52,459 bases of DNA from Gammaproteobacteria bacterium (GCA_036986095.1 BTQX01000001.1:1-52459), one strand, 5' to 3'; positions 9,473 to 19,966 are shown, counted from the stretch's first letter. The notes: generated by a model not told the origin, from the sequence alone. Translations and numbers: made by a program.

Positions 9473-10218
9473 CGTCCTATACAACCCTGATTGTGGCGGT
9501 GCTGGTCATCGCCTTCATTGCCAGTGCAATCCGAATCCTGCGCGAATATCAGCGCGGCGTGGTTTTCATGCTTGGTCGCTTCTGGAAGGTTAAGGGGCCT
9601 GGTTTTATCATCATCCTCCCACTGGTTCAGCAGATGGTGCGGGTGGATTTGCGCACCGTCGTCATGGATGTCCCGACCCAGGATGTCATCTCGCGTGACA
9701 ATGTTTCGGTTAAGGTCAATGCTGTGGTCTACTTCCGCGTAGTTGATTCTGAAAAGGCCATCATTCAGGTGGAGAATTTCTACGTCGCGACCTCCCAGCT
9801 TGCGCAGACCACTTTGCGTTCAGTACTCGGTCAGCACGAGCTGGATGAAATGCTGGCGGAACGCGAAAAGCTTAACATCGATATCCAGAGCATCCTTGAT
9901 AAGCAGACCGACGCCTGGGGCATCAAGGTCAGCAATGTCGAGATCAAGCACATCGATCTTGACGAGAGCATGGTTCGTGCCATCGCCAAGCAGGCTGAAG
10001 CCGAACGCACCCGGCGCGCCAAGGTGATCCATGCCGAAGGCGAAATGCAGGCCGCAGCGAAACTGCTGGAGGCTGCCAGAACGCTGTCAAAACAAAGCGA
10101 AGCCCTACAACTGAGGTATCTGCAAACACTAACCGAAATTGCCAGCGAGCGATCCAACACCATCGTGTTCCCGCTGCCGATGGAGATGGTCGAGAATTTG
10201 ATTAAAAAGTCATCGTAG
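9469..10218 (+). CDS. SPFH/Band-7 (stomatin/slipin-like) membrane protein
   Basis: The 249-aa product has an N-terminal TM segment, the SPFH core ([14 protein letters not shown]...GPGFIIILP...VDLR) and an Ala/Glu-rich coiled-coil tail. The pairing with NfeD is classic. Confidence 0.9.
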   Translation: MTSYTTLIVAVLVIAFIASAIRILREYQRGVVFMLGRFWKVKGPGFIIILPLVQQMVRVDLRTVVMDVPTQDVISRDNVSVKVNAVVYFRVVDSEKAIIQVENFYVATSQLAQTTLRSVLGQHELDEMLAEREKLNIDIQSILDKQTDAWGIKVSNVEIKHIDLDESMVRAIAKQAEAERTRRAKVIHAEGEMQAAAKLLEAARTLSKQSEALQLRYLQTLTEIASERSNTIVFPLPMEMVENLIKKSS

Positions 10219-10246
10219 GGCAACCACCATGCGCCCCCGCGCCGAT

Positions 10247-10306
10247 AAAGGGGAAAGGGGAAAGGGGAAAGGAGAGTCAAAACCTTAAAACTGCCTTTCC
10301 CCTTTT
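10247..10306. terminator. Hairpin between convergent genes, built on an (AAAGGGG)n microsatellite
   Basis: AAAGGGGAAAGG (10261-10272) pairs with CCTTTCCCCTTTT (10294-10306). The left arm is part of three tandem AAAGGGG heptamers. It lies between the stop at 10218 (+) and the stop at 10322 (-). Confidence 0.45.
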
Positions 10307-10321
10307 ACCTGTTTTTCCTTT

Positions 10322-11152
10322 CTAAGGTTCAAAGTCCTGTTTCAACGACTTCATCCAGTCCGCAAGTGCCTGCTCATACCCCGGCTGACTGAGAATAAAG
10401 CCAGAATTGTGATCGCCCTTCATCTTTACAAAACGCTTTGGCTGATTGGCTGATAGATAGACTTTCTCCCCCAGTTGAAATGGCATGATCTCATCGTCCG
10501 GGCTATGCAATACCAGTACAGGGTAATTCACACGCTGTATTCTCTCTGCAGTATTGAAGTCATAACGCATGAACAGCAACCGAGACAAAAGCGGGAACAC
10601 TGATCGGGCAAAGTCTTTCGCTGAACTGAAGGTGGATTCCAGTATCAATCCTCGTGCCTGAACCCCGGATGCCTGTTGGGTGGCAACCGCACCGCCCAGG
10701 GAGCGTCCGAAGATCAGGATCTGACTGGCAGCAAAGCCTTTTTCTTCGGTGAGGAAACGCCAGGCGGCGCTTGCATCCAGATAAAGACCCTGTTCATCGG
10801 GTTTGCCCTGGCTTTTTCCATAGCCGCGGTAATCAACAATGAAGACGTTTAAACCAAGGCGATGAAATATCTCAATTGAATCACGTCGGTACGAGATATT
10901 GCCTGCATTGCCATGAAAAAAGAGCAATACGTACTCCGACTGCTTATGCGGGATATACCAACCGTGCAACAGAATATCATCCGCAGTATTGAACGTGATA
11001 TCTTCATAGGCCAGGCCCCAGTCTGCAGGTGTCTGATTTATGTCACGCATGGGATAAAAAATCATTTTTGATTGCTGCCAGTACATCCACACATTCAGCG
11101 CCAGTAAGCTCAGTGCAAAGATAATCGCGTAGTTGATGATTGTTCCTTTCAT
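10322..11152 (-). CDS. Alpha/beta hydrolase (BEM46/ABHD13-like), membrane-anchored
   Basis: The 276-aa product has an N-terminal TM segment, FFHGNAGN, the nucleophile elbow GRSLGG, and a late D...H (SPDDEIMP, GDHNS). Confidence 0.75.
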   Translation of the reverse strand: MKGTIINYAIIFALSLLALNVWMYWQQSKMIFYPMRDINQTPADWGLAYEDITFNTADDILLHGWYIPHKQSEYVLLFFHGNAGNISYRRDSIEIFHRLGLNVFIVDYRGYGKSQGKPDEQGLYLDASAAWRFLTEEKGFAASQILIFGRSLGGAVATQQASGVQARGLILESTFSSAKDFARSVFPLLSRLLFMRYDFNTAERIQRVNYPVLVLHSPDDEIMPFQLGEKVYLSANQPKRFVKMKGDHNSGFILSQPGYEQALADWMKSLKQDFEP

Positions 11153-11437
11153 GGGTTCATTGGTAACATTGAGCCGACATTATTTAAATGTCGAGTTTTT
11201 TCTTCCTTCCTTGCTTAAATATCTATTTAGCAGCATAGCAATGAATGGGGTCTCAATGAATAGGGCCTAACCCCGTAGGCCTACATCAAAATATGAAAAA
11301 TATAGTGATAATCTGCCCGACCATAAGGGACTTTAGAGAAATTGAGAAAATAAGTGTCGATAAGCAATATAGACACAATTACATATTTTATGGACAAAAC
11401 CCACGTGAATACTTGGCTGTATTTGATCCCAATAGAT

Positions 11438-12442
11438 TTATTCTCGGCACAACACTATGCGATAACGTGTTTCACCACTTCGTAATCGATCTAAGGCATT
11501 ATTAATATCACTAAATTTAAACTTCTCTATGACAGGTTTTATATTGTGCTGCACAGCGAAGTTTAACATTTTCTCTATTGTAGCTGGGCTACCGACTGGT
11601 GATCCTGATATTGATCGTTGTCCCATAATTAATGACATTGCGCTAATGTCAATGGGTTCTAGAGTTGCCCCTACAAAATGTAAACGTCCTTTAGTAGATA
11701 AAGTATTAATGAAAGCGTTCCAGTCCAGTTTTACATTAACAGTGGAGATAATGTAATCAAATCGACCAGCGGCAGATTCAAGTTCAGCTGAATCTCTGGA
11801 ATTAATCACATGATGCGCCCCCATTTCAAATAGCTCTTTTTTCTTACTATTATTTGAAGTAAATGCGGTAACTTCACAACCCCACGCATTTAAAAATTGC
11901 AATGCCATGTGACCCAAACCGCCAATACCTATTACTCCGACCTTATCGGTAGAGGAAATATTAAATTGCACCAGGGGATTAAAGACCGTAATGCCACCGC
12001 AAAAAAGTGGACCTGCAGTTTCTTTATCAATACTGTCCGGTAATTTTATAACGCTAATCGAGCTTGCACGAACCTTGTCAGCAAACGCACCATGTCGTGA
12101 AACAATAGTTCCTTGCGTTGATGCGCATAAATTGTGATCTCCAGATAAGCAGGAAGAACAAGTCAAGCAATAACCCGAATGCCATCCTAATCCAGCAGTA
12201 TCACCTACCTTAAGATGACTAACTTTTGCGCCGACAGAAGATATTGTTCCGATCGCTTCATGTCCTGCAACGAGCGGATATTCTGTAAAGCCCCACTCAT
12301 TATCTATCATGCTCAAATCACTATGACAAATTCCACAATAATCGATATCGATTTCAACATCATTTTCAGCAAGGTCCCCCGGGTCATATTCGAAGGGTTT
12401 AAGTTGTCCATTAGGTTCATCTACAGCAAAAGCTTTAATCAT
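11438..12442 (-). CDS. Zn-dependent NAD(P)-linked alcohol dehydrogenase (YahK/cinnamyl-ADH-like)
   Basis: The 334-aa product has the catalytic Zn motif GICHSDL...GHEAIG, the structural Zn cysteines CLTCSSCLSGDHNLC, and the Rossmann motif GIGGLGH. Confidence 0.9.
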   Translation of the reverse strand: MIKAFAVDEPNGQLKPFEYDPGDLAENDVEIDIDYCGICHSDLSMIDNEWGFTEYPLVAGHEAIGTISSVGAKVSHLKVGDTAGLGWHSGYCLTCSSCLSGDHNLCASTQGTIVSRHGAFADKVRASSISVIKLPDSIDKETAGPLFCGGITVFNPLVQFNISSTDKVGVIGIGGLGHMALQFLNAWGCEVTAFTSNNSKKKELFEMGAHHVINSRDSAELESAAGRFDYIISTVNVKLDWNAFINTLSTKGRLHFVGATLEPIDISAMSLIMGQRSISGSPVGSPATIEKMLNFAVQHNIKPVIEKFKFSDINNALDRLRSGETRYRIVLCRE

Positions 12443-12511
12443 ATTAACTCCTGAATTATATGTACTAGAGTAACAATGCTACCCTCCCCGGGGTCACTAC
12501 GGTACCCCCCA

Positions 12512-12670
12512 GGGTCGGACCATCACAGGCTGTTGATATTTAATACTATTTCGACGTAAAACAGTCAATATTTTGGCTTAGAAGGTCTTTTTTAGTACCA
12601 AAATGGGCGGTGTAAGCACATGTCCGTTCCTTGACCTGGTACAGGTTCGCATCATGGTGGACAGATCGTC
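12512..12670 (+). repeat. Copy 3 of the dispersed repeat, long form
   Basis: It has the same core as copies 1 and 2. It also has about 60 bp shared only with copy 4 (ACATGTC.G.TCCTTGA.CTGGTACAGGTTCGCATCATGGTGGACAGAT.GTC). The 66-aa ORF-track ORF 12546..12746 is the degenerate reading of this IS tail. Confidence 0.85.
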
Positions 12671-12900
12671 TTAAACTTTGATGCCCAATTGTTCTATTAC
12701 GTTCTCGACAAAAGTGTGGCGATTGGCTCCTGGCATAACACTTCATCCTTAAAGTTGTTATTTTTGCCAGGGGAATGGGCCTTTTAAGGCCTGAATCCGG
12801 CTAATTCTAGCCCCATTATTCAATCTTATCAATGAGTTGTCCTGATCTGGGCCCTTTGTCACTTGTCTGGATGATATCCACAGGATATCCTCTATAATCA

Positions 12901-15900
12901 ATGGATTATCCTTATCATCAAACAGGTCAAGATATAAAACCAGTCAAACGCGCTGATTTTCAACAAACGTTGCTAGTTGTCGGACATAAGGAGGTGTGCA
13001 TAGTGCAAGACGATATTTCCAGCAGGCGCAAACAGATCGAACAGGCGCTATGTGAGAATGAGGGGTTTTTTCGCCACCTGGTGGAATCTGCCAATGCCGT
13101 ACCCTGGGAAGCTGACCTGAGTACATTGCGTTTTTCCTATGTCGGCCCGAAAGTCGTCGCACTACTCGGTTACCCAGTGGAAGCCTGGTACCAGGAGAAT
13201 TTCTGGATCAGGCATCTTTACCCGGAGGATCGTGAAGCGACACTCAGTTTTTGTCAGGCGGCCATCGGTCGTGGTGAGGACCACGAATTCGAATACCGGA
13301 TGATCGCGGCAGATGGCCGGGTTGTCTGGATCCGTGACTGTGTGAACATCGTAAAAAATGACACCGACCCGGCCACCCTGCAGGGCCACATGTTCGATAT
13401 TACCTCGTATAAACTGGCTATGGAGGCACTAGCCCGCAGCAAGATCGAATTCGAGGCCATGTTCAACTCCATTCCGGATGCGGTGATGTTTGTCGACACC
13501 GAACGCCACATTGTTATGAACAACCCCGCAGTCCACACAATGTTTGGCTACAGCGATGAGGAATTGATCGGCCAGACCACGGAAATGCTGTACGCCGACA
13601 AACAGGACTTCAAGGACCATGGCCGCCGCCGTTATCGTACCGGTTCAGATACCGTGAATGCCCCCTATGAAGTCAGGTACAGGCGCAGGGACGGCACCGT
13701 GTTCTGGACTGAAACACTGGGCACCCAGGTCAAGGATGCCAATGGCACCATTCTCGGATTCATTGGCATGCTCCGCGATATCACCAAACGCAAACAGGCG
13801 GAAGCGGTGTTAGAAGATAAAGAGGTCCGCATCCGCATGATCTTCGAATCCACCCTCGATGCCCTTATCGTCATTGATGAGAAGAGTGTTATCAGTGAAT
13901 GGAACCCCCAGGCCGAGACCATCTTCGGCTGGAAAAAGTCCGAGGTTATAGGCCGGACCCTGATGGAAACGATCATCCCACCCAACTTCCGGGAGAGACA
14001 TCAACAGGGGATGAAGACCCTGTTAGCCACAGACGCTGGGCCGGTTCTCAACCGGCGCATGGAGCTAACCGCTCTGAACCGGAATGGTAGCGAATTTCCC
14101 ATCGAGCTTAGCATATCACCTCTGCGTTATGGCGAGACATGGACATTCAGTGCCTTTGTGCGAGATCTGACCGAACGTAAACGGGCGGAAGAAATGGTCA
14201 GGGGCTCGGAACAAGAACTCAGTGCCATTCTTAACAGTCTGCAGGATGCCTATTATCGAGTGGATTCTGAAGGATGCCTCATCCGTGTGTCACCCTCGGT
14301 GCAGAGGTTGCTAGGCTATACGCCGGAACAACTGCAAGGGAAGATGCTGGCTGATTTCTACGCTGACCCAAAAAGAAGGGAATTATTTCTGCGCCAACTG
14401 GAGGAACAGGGTGGGGTTATCGAGAACTTTGAGAGTAAGCTTCGGCATAAAGACGGCTCAACTGTCTGGGTATCGACTAATGCACACTATATCCGGGACA
14501 AACAGGGAAACCCTATAGGGGTCGAAGGCACCGCCCGCGATATCAGCCAGCTCAAAGCCGCAGAAGACCTCAACAGCCGCTTTGGCCGGATACTCGATAG
14601 TTCCTCCAACGAGATCTATGTATTTGATGCCGATACCCTGCACTTTACCCAGGTAAACCGTGGTGCCCGCCAGAATCTCGGCTACACCAAACAGGAACTT
14701 GAGGGGTTGACGCCGGTGGATTTGAAACCCGATTACACCTGGGAAGACTTTACCGAACTATTGCAACCGCTGTATCGGGGCGAACAGAAACAAATAGTTC
14801 TCCAGACCCGCCATCAACGCAAAGATGGAACCACCTATCCTGTTGAGGTGAGATTGCAGCTCTCACAACAAGAGTCACCACCGGTATTTGTCGCTTTCAT
14901 TCAGGACATCAGCGAGCGCATACAAAATGAAAAACAATTGCAATATCTGGCCCATTATGATGCTCTGACCAACCTGCCTAACCGAGTTCTGTTTACGGAT
15001 CGCCTGGATCAATCCCTGGCGCGTGCGCGCTGGCACGAATATGCGGTAGCCGTGCTGTTTCTGGATCTGGATCGTTTCAAGATTATTAATGATAGCCTGG
15101 GGCACAATGTCGGCGACCAGGCTTTACAGGCCCTGTCTGAACGACTGAATGGTTGTGTGCATGAGGGTGATACTGTGGCCCGCCTGGGGGGCGATGAGTT
15201 TGCAATCGTGCTTGAGGACATTGACTCGGCGGATGACGTGGCCCCCTTTGCGCGTAAGATACTGGACGTCCTGTCACAACCATTCCTGCTGGATAAATAT
15301 GAATTTATCATCACCACCAGTATCGGTATCAGCCTTTTTCCAATCGATGGCGAAAACACACAAACCCTGCTCAAACATGCTGATATCGCCATGTACCGCG
15401 CAAAAGATGAAGGTCGCAATACTTATCAGTTTTATTCGGCTGACATGAGTGTCAAGGCCTTTGAACGCCTGAATCTGGAAACCAATTTACGGCATGCCCT
15501 GGAACGCGAGGAATTTGTACTCTACTATCAGCCTCAGCAAAACCTGGCCGATGGAAGTGTTTTCGGTGTTGAGGCCCTGTTACGCTGGCAGCATCCTGAT
15601 CTAGGCCTGATTTCGCCCATGGAGTTTATCCCCATGCTGGAGGAAACGGGATTAATCATCCCCGTGGGTGAATGGGTGCTGCATACTGCCTGTTTACAGG
15701 CACGCGCATGGAACGATAGTGGTCTTGAGCCGTTGTGTATGTCAGTAAACCTTTCCGGCCGACAAACAAACAACTCAAATTTCATTACCACCGTTGAGCA
15801 GGTTCTTAAGGATAGTAAACTTGATCCGGTGCTTTTAGAATTGGAGATGACCGAAAGCATCCTGATGCACAATATGCAAACGACCATTAAGACCCTGGAA

Positions 15901-16233
15901 ACTATAAGCGAGATGGGTGTCAGGTTTGCGATTGATGATTTTGGTACCGGCTATTCTTCCCTGAGTTATCTCAAACGTTTCCCCATCGACACCCTGAAGA
16001 TCGACCGCTCTTTTATTCGCGACATCACACAGGATCCCGAAGATGCCACCCTGGTGGAAGCCATTATAGCTATGGGGCAAACACTACATCTTAACGTCAT
16101 TGCCGAAGGTGTAGAAACTGAACAGCAAGTCAAGTTTCTGCGGATGCACAATTGTGGCTGTATTCAAGGATATCTGGTCAGCCAGCCACTACCCGCGCAA
16201 GAGCTTACTACCTTGTTACACGAAAGAAAATAA
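12901..16233 (+). CDS. Multi-PAS diguanylate cyclase/phosphodiesterase (five PAS domains plus GGDEF and EAL)
   Basis: The 1110-aa product has about five PAS/PAC units, each ending in a ...DIT.RK.AE-type linker. It also has an intact GGDEF site ([13 protein letters not shown]) and an EAL domain ([25 protein letters not shown]). Confidence 0.92.
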   Translation: MDYPYHQTGQDIKPVKRADFQQTLLVVGHKEVCIVQDDISSRRKQIEQALCENEGFFRHLVESANAVPWEADLSTLRFSYVGPKVVALLGYPVEAWYQENFWIRHLYPEDREATLSFCQAAIGRGEDHEFEYRMIAADGRVVWIRDCVNIVKNDTDPATLQGHMFDITSYKLAMEALARSKIEFEAMFNSIPDAVMFVDTERHIVMNNPAVHTMFGYSDEELIGQTTEMLYADKQDFKDHGRRRYRTGSDTVNAPYEVRYRRRDGTVFWTETLGTQVKDANGTILGFIGMLRDITKRKQAEAVLEDKEVRIRMIFESTLDALIVIDEKSVISEWNPQAETIFGWKKSEVIGRTLMETIIPPNFRERHQQGMKTLLATDAGPVLNRRMELTALNRNGSEFPIELSISPLRYGETWTFSAFVRDLTERKRAEEMVRGSEQELSAILNSLQDAYYRVDSEGCLIRVSPSVQRLLGYTPEQLQGKMLADFYADPKRRELFLRQLEEQGGVIENFESKLRHKDGSTVWVSTNAHYIRDKQGNPIGVEGTARDISQLKAAEDLNSRFGRILDSSSNEIYVFDADTLHFTQVNRGARQNLGYTKQELEGLTPVDLKPDYTWEDFTELLQPLYRGEQKQIVLQTRHQRKDGTTYPVEVRLQLSQQESPPVFVAFIQDISERIQNEKQLQYLAHYDALTNLPNRVLFTDRLDQSLARARWHEYAVAVLFLDLDRFKIINDSLGHNVGDQALQALSERLNGCVHEGDTVARLGGDEFAIVLEDIDSADDVAPFARKILDVLSQPFLLDKYEFIITTSIGISLFPIDGENTQTLLKHADIAMYRAKDEGRNTYQFYSADMSVKAFERLNLETNLRHALEREEFVLYYQPQQNLADGSVFGVEALLRWQHPDLGLISPMEFIPMLEETGLIIPVGEWVLHTACLQARAWNDSGLEPLCMSVNLSGRQTNNSNFITTVEQVLKDSKLDPVLLELEMTESILMHNMQTTIKTLETISEMGVRFAIDDFGTGYSSLSYLKRFPIDTLKIDRSFIRDITQDPEDATLVEAIIAMGQTLHLNVIAEGVETEQQVKFLRMHNCGCIQGYLVSQPLPAQELTTLLHERK

Positions 16234-16276
16234 GGGGATTGAACCTACCCCTGTTAATTTTAAGGAGAGTAGAACC

Positions 16277-16735
16277 ATGAATATAGACATATTCAAAATG
16301 GCCAGACAATACGCGCCCTTGATCGGTCGGCTGCTGCTGGCCAACATCTTTATCATCTCCGGCTTTCAGAAGATCTCTGGTTTTGCTGGCGTTGCGGCCT
16401 ACATGGATATGAAAGGAATACCGATGTCTGAGGTATTACTGGTGTTAACCATAATTATCGAACTGGGGGGCGGGCTGTGCATCCTGCTTGGATGGCAGGC
16501 CCGCTGGGCGGCACTGGCGATTTTTCTGTTCCTCATCCCAGTGTCGTTAATCTTTCATCCCTACTGGACCTATGCAGAGGATGAGATGCGAGCACAATTT
16601 ATTCAGTTCTATAAGAACCTGGCCATCATGGGCGGCATGCTCTATGTCATCGCATTTGGGTCTGGCCCTTTCAGCGTGAGCAAAGATAATACCGAAACCC
16701 CCGGGGTTGGACCATCACAGGCCGTTGATATTTAA
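16277..16735 (+). CDS. DoxX-family membrane protein
   Basis: I trimmed the start to the ATG at 16277, after AAGGAGAG. The four-TM DoxX pattern is present (LLLANIFIISGFQKI..F...A.YM...G.P). The last 11 codons (PGVGPSQAVDI) and the stop are supplied by repeat copy 4. Confidence 0.8.
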   Translation: MNIDIFKMARQYAPLIGRLLLANIFIISGFQKISGFAGVAAYMDMKGIPMSEVLLVLTIIIELGGGLCILLGWQARWAALAIFLFLIPVSLIFHPYWTYAEDEMRAQFIQFYKNLAIMGGMLYVIAFGSGPFSVSKDNTETPGVGPSQAVDI

Positions 16736-16862
16736 TACTATTTCGACGTAAAACAGTCAATATTTTGGCTTAGAAGGTCTTTTTTGGTACCAAAATGGGG
16801 GGTCTAAGCACATGTCAGCTCCTTGATCTGGTACAGGTTCGCATCATGGTGGACAGATTGTC
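16703..16862 (+). repeat. Copy 4 of the dispersed repeat, long form
   Basis: The head is GGGGTTGGACCATCACAGGCCGTTGATATTTAATAC and the extension is shared with copy 3. It fills the whole gap between the doxX and soxY 3' ends. Confidence 0.85.
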
Positions 16863-16909
16863 CTCTTCGTATTCGTTAAACCTGGATCCCAATCCTGTTC
16901 GTCACTGAT

Positions 16910-17383
16910 TCATCCGCCACATCCGCCGACTGTTACCTTGATCATCCTTTTTGCGCCGTAAAGCTTGCCATCAGATTGCACCACTGCATATACATCTGAA
17001 GTTGCAGACATTTTAACCCGACCGGTAATATAACCGGTAGCCCCGAAGAATCTTACGTTTAACACCAGGGGCACCCTATTCTCCTTAACAAGCACACTAA
17101 TAGTTCTTACATTTGGCAGAGTAGTGGAGACTGTAACAGGTACTGCAGCGCCATTTTCTGCATGTACGGGTGCCTTTAATTTGATCGCCTTGCTTGGAGA
17201 AAACTGGCTATTCCCATAAAGGCGTGTCAGGGCACTATCAATATCACTGGCTGCAAACGCATTTTTGGGCCATGCAGCCGCCAACACCTGTACGGGTTTT
17301 AACAAACCTGCTGATGCCGCGGACAAAATAATACCGCTCGCCAATGATTTCTTCAGAAAAGTTCTTCGCTTTGGATTAATCAA
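16910..17383 (-). CDS. soxY: Sulfur-carrier protein SoxY
   Basis: The 157-aa product has a Tat signal (KRRTFLKKSLASG) and the diagnostic C-terminal swinging-arm motif KVTVGGCGG at the very C-terminus. Confidence 0.85.
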   Translation of the reverse strand: MINPKRRTFLKKSLASGIILSAASAGLLKPVQVLAAAWPKNAFAASDIDSALTRLYGNSQFSPSKAIKLKAPVHAENGAAVPVTVSTTLPNVRTISVLVKENRVPLVLNVRFFGATGYITGRVKMSATSDVYAVVQSDGKLYGAKRMIKVTVGGCGG

Positions 17384-17532
17384 TGCCCAGTCTCCTGATA
17401 AATTTCTTCTTGAGTATTCGACAACAAAATCGCCGGATTTATTCCTGAACCCTGATACTAGATGAGAAAATAATTATAAATGTTCTACAAGTTATGTCCA
17501 TATTAGCGGTCAGGATTCCTAAAAAAATCCCC

Positions 17533-17556
17533 GGGGTCGGACCTCGCTCCGACCCC
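17533..17556. repeat. REP-like hairpin GGGGTCGGA-CCTCGC-TCCGACCCC
   Basis: It has a perfect 9-bp stem. The left arm is identical to the head of the dispersed repeat (GGGGTCGGACC). Confidence 0.7.
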
Positions 17557-17641
17557 GTCGTCCGCCAGGCCACGTCCAAATTGTAACCCAGCGGTGCCGT
17601 TTAACACCTCCATGTGCATAATGTGCAATAATCAAGATGTT

Positions 17642-17661
17642 TGGTTTGACTATACCGTCAT
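17642..17661. repeat. 20-bp motif TGGTTTGACTATACCGTCAT, identical to 22157-22176
   Basis: It is an exact 20/20 match, and the flanks are unrelated on both sides. Confidence 0.8.
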
Positions 17662-17689
17662 AGTATTCCTGTCCTGAGGCATTGTGGAC

Positions 17690-17863
17690 ATGTCAAAATT
17701 AGACCCCAAAAATAAGATTATCACCTACATGCTGCTTACGGCATTGATGGTCATTACCTTTATCGTTGCCATAGCCATTAGCAACGGCTTCTTTAGTCTG
17801 TTCGCCTGGCTAATCTTGCTAATAATGAATCTGGGTATATTGGTCTATTTATCGATGAAATAG
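17690..17863 (+). CDS. Small two-TM membrane protein (57 aa), hypothetical
   Basis: My hand translation is MSKLDPKNKIITYMLLTALMVITFIVAIAISNGFFSLFAWLILLIMNLGILVYLSMK*. It falls below the ORF-track size cut-off. No family is recognised. Confidence 0.3.
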   Translation: MSKLDPKNKIITYMLLTALMVITFIVAIAISNGFFSLFAWLILLIMNLGILVYLSMK

Positions 17864-17900
17864 CCTGACGGCTTCAGCTTCAGCCTGACCCAGGATATTT

Positions 17901-18272
17901 ATGATTGATAAACTTCAGAAAGTTGCACACGCCATACAAATCCTTCGTATACCCTCTATTGTTGTTGGAGTTGGCGGTCTGGCTGCCATAGCTATGGTTC
18001 TTTTCATCCTGGAGCCTGAGGAAGGTCAACGATACCTCATCCCGGGTATTGTCAGCCTGTTTTGGGGCGTGAGTGCGTATTCTTTTATTACAGGTTTTCG
18101 TTCAGTACCTGCAAAGGCGGATAAGTCATTTGGTTTATTCAGCAGGCTGATGCGAAATATTCATCGCGGCGGGTACTGGCTCATTGGTGTGTTTTTTCTT
18201 GGTACTACAGCTTTTGTAATCATTCTAACTGCCATCATGATTTTTATCTGGTTGAAAGACTATGCCAGTTAG
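17901..18272 (+). CDS. Hypothetical three-TM membrane protein
   Basis: This is a 123-aa ORF with three hydrophobic segments. No motif is recognised. Confidence 0.4.
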   Translation: MIDKLQKVAHAIQILRIPSIVVGVGGLAAIAMVLFILEPEEGQRYLIPGIVSLFWGVSAYSFITGFRSVPAKADKSFGLFSRLMRNIHRGGYWLIGVFFLGTTAFVIILTAIMIFIWLKDYAS

Positions 18273-18305
18273 GCCAGTCGAGACTGACCCCGCTGGTAAA
18301 AAATC

Positions 18306-19013
18306 CTAGTGCCCCCCGCTATGGCCCCCACTGTGACCACCACCAAACCCCATACTGTGTCCCCCGCTGTGTCCGAACCCGCTGCCGGAACTATGACCGA
18401 TACTGGCGGTTTTACCGTGGCCAGCACTGCGGTTGCTATGACTGATGTTGGCAGTCGTGTTGTATCCGACTCTGGTGATGTTGTACCCAGCACGTGGAAT
18501 GTGATGCACAGCACTAGTCACACCGTGCTTGTTGCCGTGCGAGACATGGGATACGTCGTGATCATTATGCACATATTGCGGTGACGTGGTGTGATGTGGC
18601 CGGTTATGATGCACTGCACCATAGTGGCGACGGCCGTATGAGGCATATGGGTATGCTGAGAAACCGAAAAATAGTGATGTCCTGGCATAGGTATTATAGT
18701 ACGGCGTGTAATAGGAGGCCGGATACGGATCCACGTAAGTGATAGCTGGGTAGGTATTAGATGGCGTGCTGGCCGTTTGCTGTAACAGATAGCGAATCAC
18801 CTCTTCACTCGCGCCCGCCTGAAGCAGTCTGTCAATATCATCGGCATCCAGGATGAAGTCGATTTTGCGGCTCTGAAGAAATACCAGAATGGTCTCGTCA
18901 GATAGGCCACGCTGGGACAGCAGCACAACATCTTCCAGACTGGCCACCATATGACTCGCCTGCGCAATTCCAGTGCCCGCGACGAAGACCAGACTTGCCA
19001 GCAGGTGTTTCAT
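18306..19013 (-). CDS. Secreted protein with an N-terminal helical domain, a Tyr/Pro-rich middle and a His/Gly-rich tail
   Basis: The 235-aa product has the signal peptide MKHLLASLVFVAGTGIAQA. Its N-terminal domain (LEDVVLLSQRGLSDETILVFL...DADDIDRLLQAGASEEVIRYLL) is shared with the next gene. The tail is ...GHSSGSGFGHSGGHSMGFGGGHSGGHSGGH. It overlaps the upstream gene by 4 bp. Confidence 0.6.
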   Translation of the reverse strand: MKHLLASLVFVAGTGIAQASHMVASLEDVVLLSQRGLSDETILVFLQSRKIDFILDADDIDRLLQAGASEEVIRYLLQQTASTPSNTYPAITYVDPYPASYYTPYYNTYARTSLFFGFSAYPYASYGRRHYGAVHHNRPHHTTSPQYVHNDHDVSHVSHGNKHGVTSAVHHIPRAGYNITRVGYNTTANISHSNRSAGHGKTASIGHSSGSGFGHSGGHSMGFGGGHSGGHSGGH

Positions 19014-19966
19014 TGTGTCACACCAGTATGCTCATCGGCGGCATCGAAGTCAGCCGGTACCGAGACAGCAAGTTTCAGCAGGTGGTCCCGTTCCTGTTTA
19101 GGCAGCGACTGAAATGCGCCGGTCATTCTGTCTACGTCATTTTTTATAGATTTATCCAGACCATCGTAAAGCTCCTGCAAGGCTTCACCTTCATGAAGTT
19201 TGGCCAGCCGATCTGGTGGCCGACCGCCAAATGCGAGCGACCAGTAGTCAGTCAACAGGTCACTCCAGTAAGCCGCTAGCAGATCCTGAGTTATTCGGCG
19301 GCCACTACGTCGTTGATAGGCATGAGCATCTAGTGCCGATACCGCAACAATCATGACTGATTGAGTGGCTCCGGTGGCTGTAAACATCACCGCATCACTG
19401 CCCGCAACATGGTCTGGATGAAACTTTCCATCCTTTGCTGAGGCGATACTGAGGCGGTCTGCTACCGCTTTGGCACGTTCGGTTAAAGATGAATAACTTC
19501 CTTCGTCCCGGAGTATAAACAGCCGGATGCCGGAAAGGGTAATGACTTGATGGTGGTGTTCTCCGGAGCCGGGCTCTTTTAGTTGTTCCAAATCAATATC
19601 GGCGCGCGGGACAAGTTCATTGGGTGTGTTGTAGGTGATAGCAGTGCCACTGTCGGGTTTGTTGTCAATGGGGTTTGAAACAAACATAACCGGAGCCGTA
19701 TCGGGTGCAGTCTCAACCGGTAGCACAGCTTTCAGCATGGCCTGAATAACCGGTTCACTGACTCCGAGCTCGGTCAGGCGCGCAACATCATCGGCCTTCA
19801 GTGCGAACGCAGAATCAGTTGCCTCGACCAGGGCAATAATATCCTTATCGCTGTAATTCTTATTACTAAGCTGGATTACGTCATACACGGTTATGGCTGA
19901 GGCCTGTGTAGTCAAAGCCAGCATCAGGAAGAATGCAACGTTGATGCGGTTGAAAGAAAAAATCAT
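19010..19966 (-). CDS. Secreted protein sharing the N-terminal helical domain, function unknown
   Basis: I trimmed the start to the ATG at 19966 (GGAG 8 nt upstream), giving the signal peptide MIFSFNRINVAFFLMLALTTQASA. The shared domain is VYDVIQLSNKNYSDKDIIALV...KADDVARLTELGVSEPVIQAMLKA. Confidence 0.55.
   Translation of the reverse strand: MIFSFNRINVAFFLMLALTTQASAITVYDVIQLSNKNYSDKDIIALVEATDSAFALKADDVARLTELGVSEPVIQAMLKAVLPVETAPDTAPVMFVSNPIDNKPDSGTAITYNTPNELVPRADIDLEQLKEPGSGEHHHQVITLSGIRLFILRDEGSYSSLTERAKAVADRLSIASAKDGKFHPDHVAGSDAVMFTATGATQSVMIVAVSALDAHAYQRRSGRRITQDLLAAYWSDLLTDYWSLAFGGRPPDRLAKLHEGEALQELYDGLDKSIKNDVDRMTGAFQSLPKQERDHLLKLAVSVPADFDAADEHTGVTQ

Noticed and set aside
11293-11505. 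A 70-aa plus-strand ORF (MKNIVIICPTIRDFREI...) overlapping the 3' end of the alcohol dehydrogenase gene.
   Set aside because: Only about 48 codons lie outside the dehydrogenase gene. It may be the stump of a truncated gene, but I cannot assign a family or show that it is expressed.
12546-12746. A 66-aa minus-strand ORF between adh and the GGDEF/EAL gene.
   Set aside because: It reads through repeat copy 3. It aligns only weakly with the IS30 tail seen intact-ish at 7789-8048, so I treat it as IS debris and not a gene.
18309-18584. A 91-aa plus-strand ORF rich in Thr/Val/Pro.
   Set aside because: It is the antisense reading of the His/Gly-rich tail of the gene at 18306-19013. Low-complexity coding DNA often yields open shadow frames.
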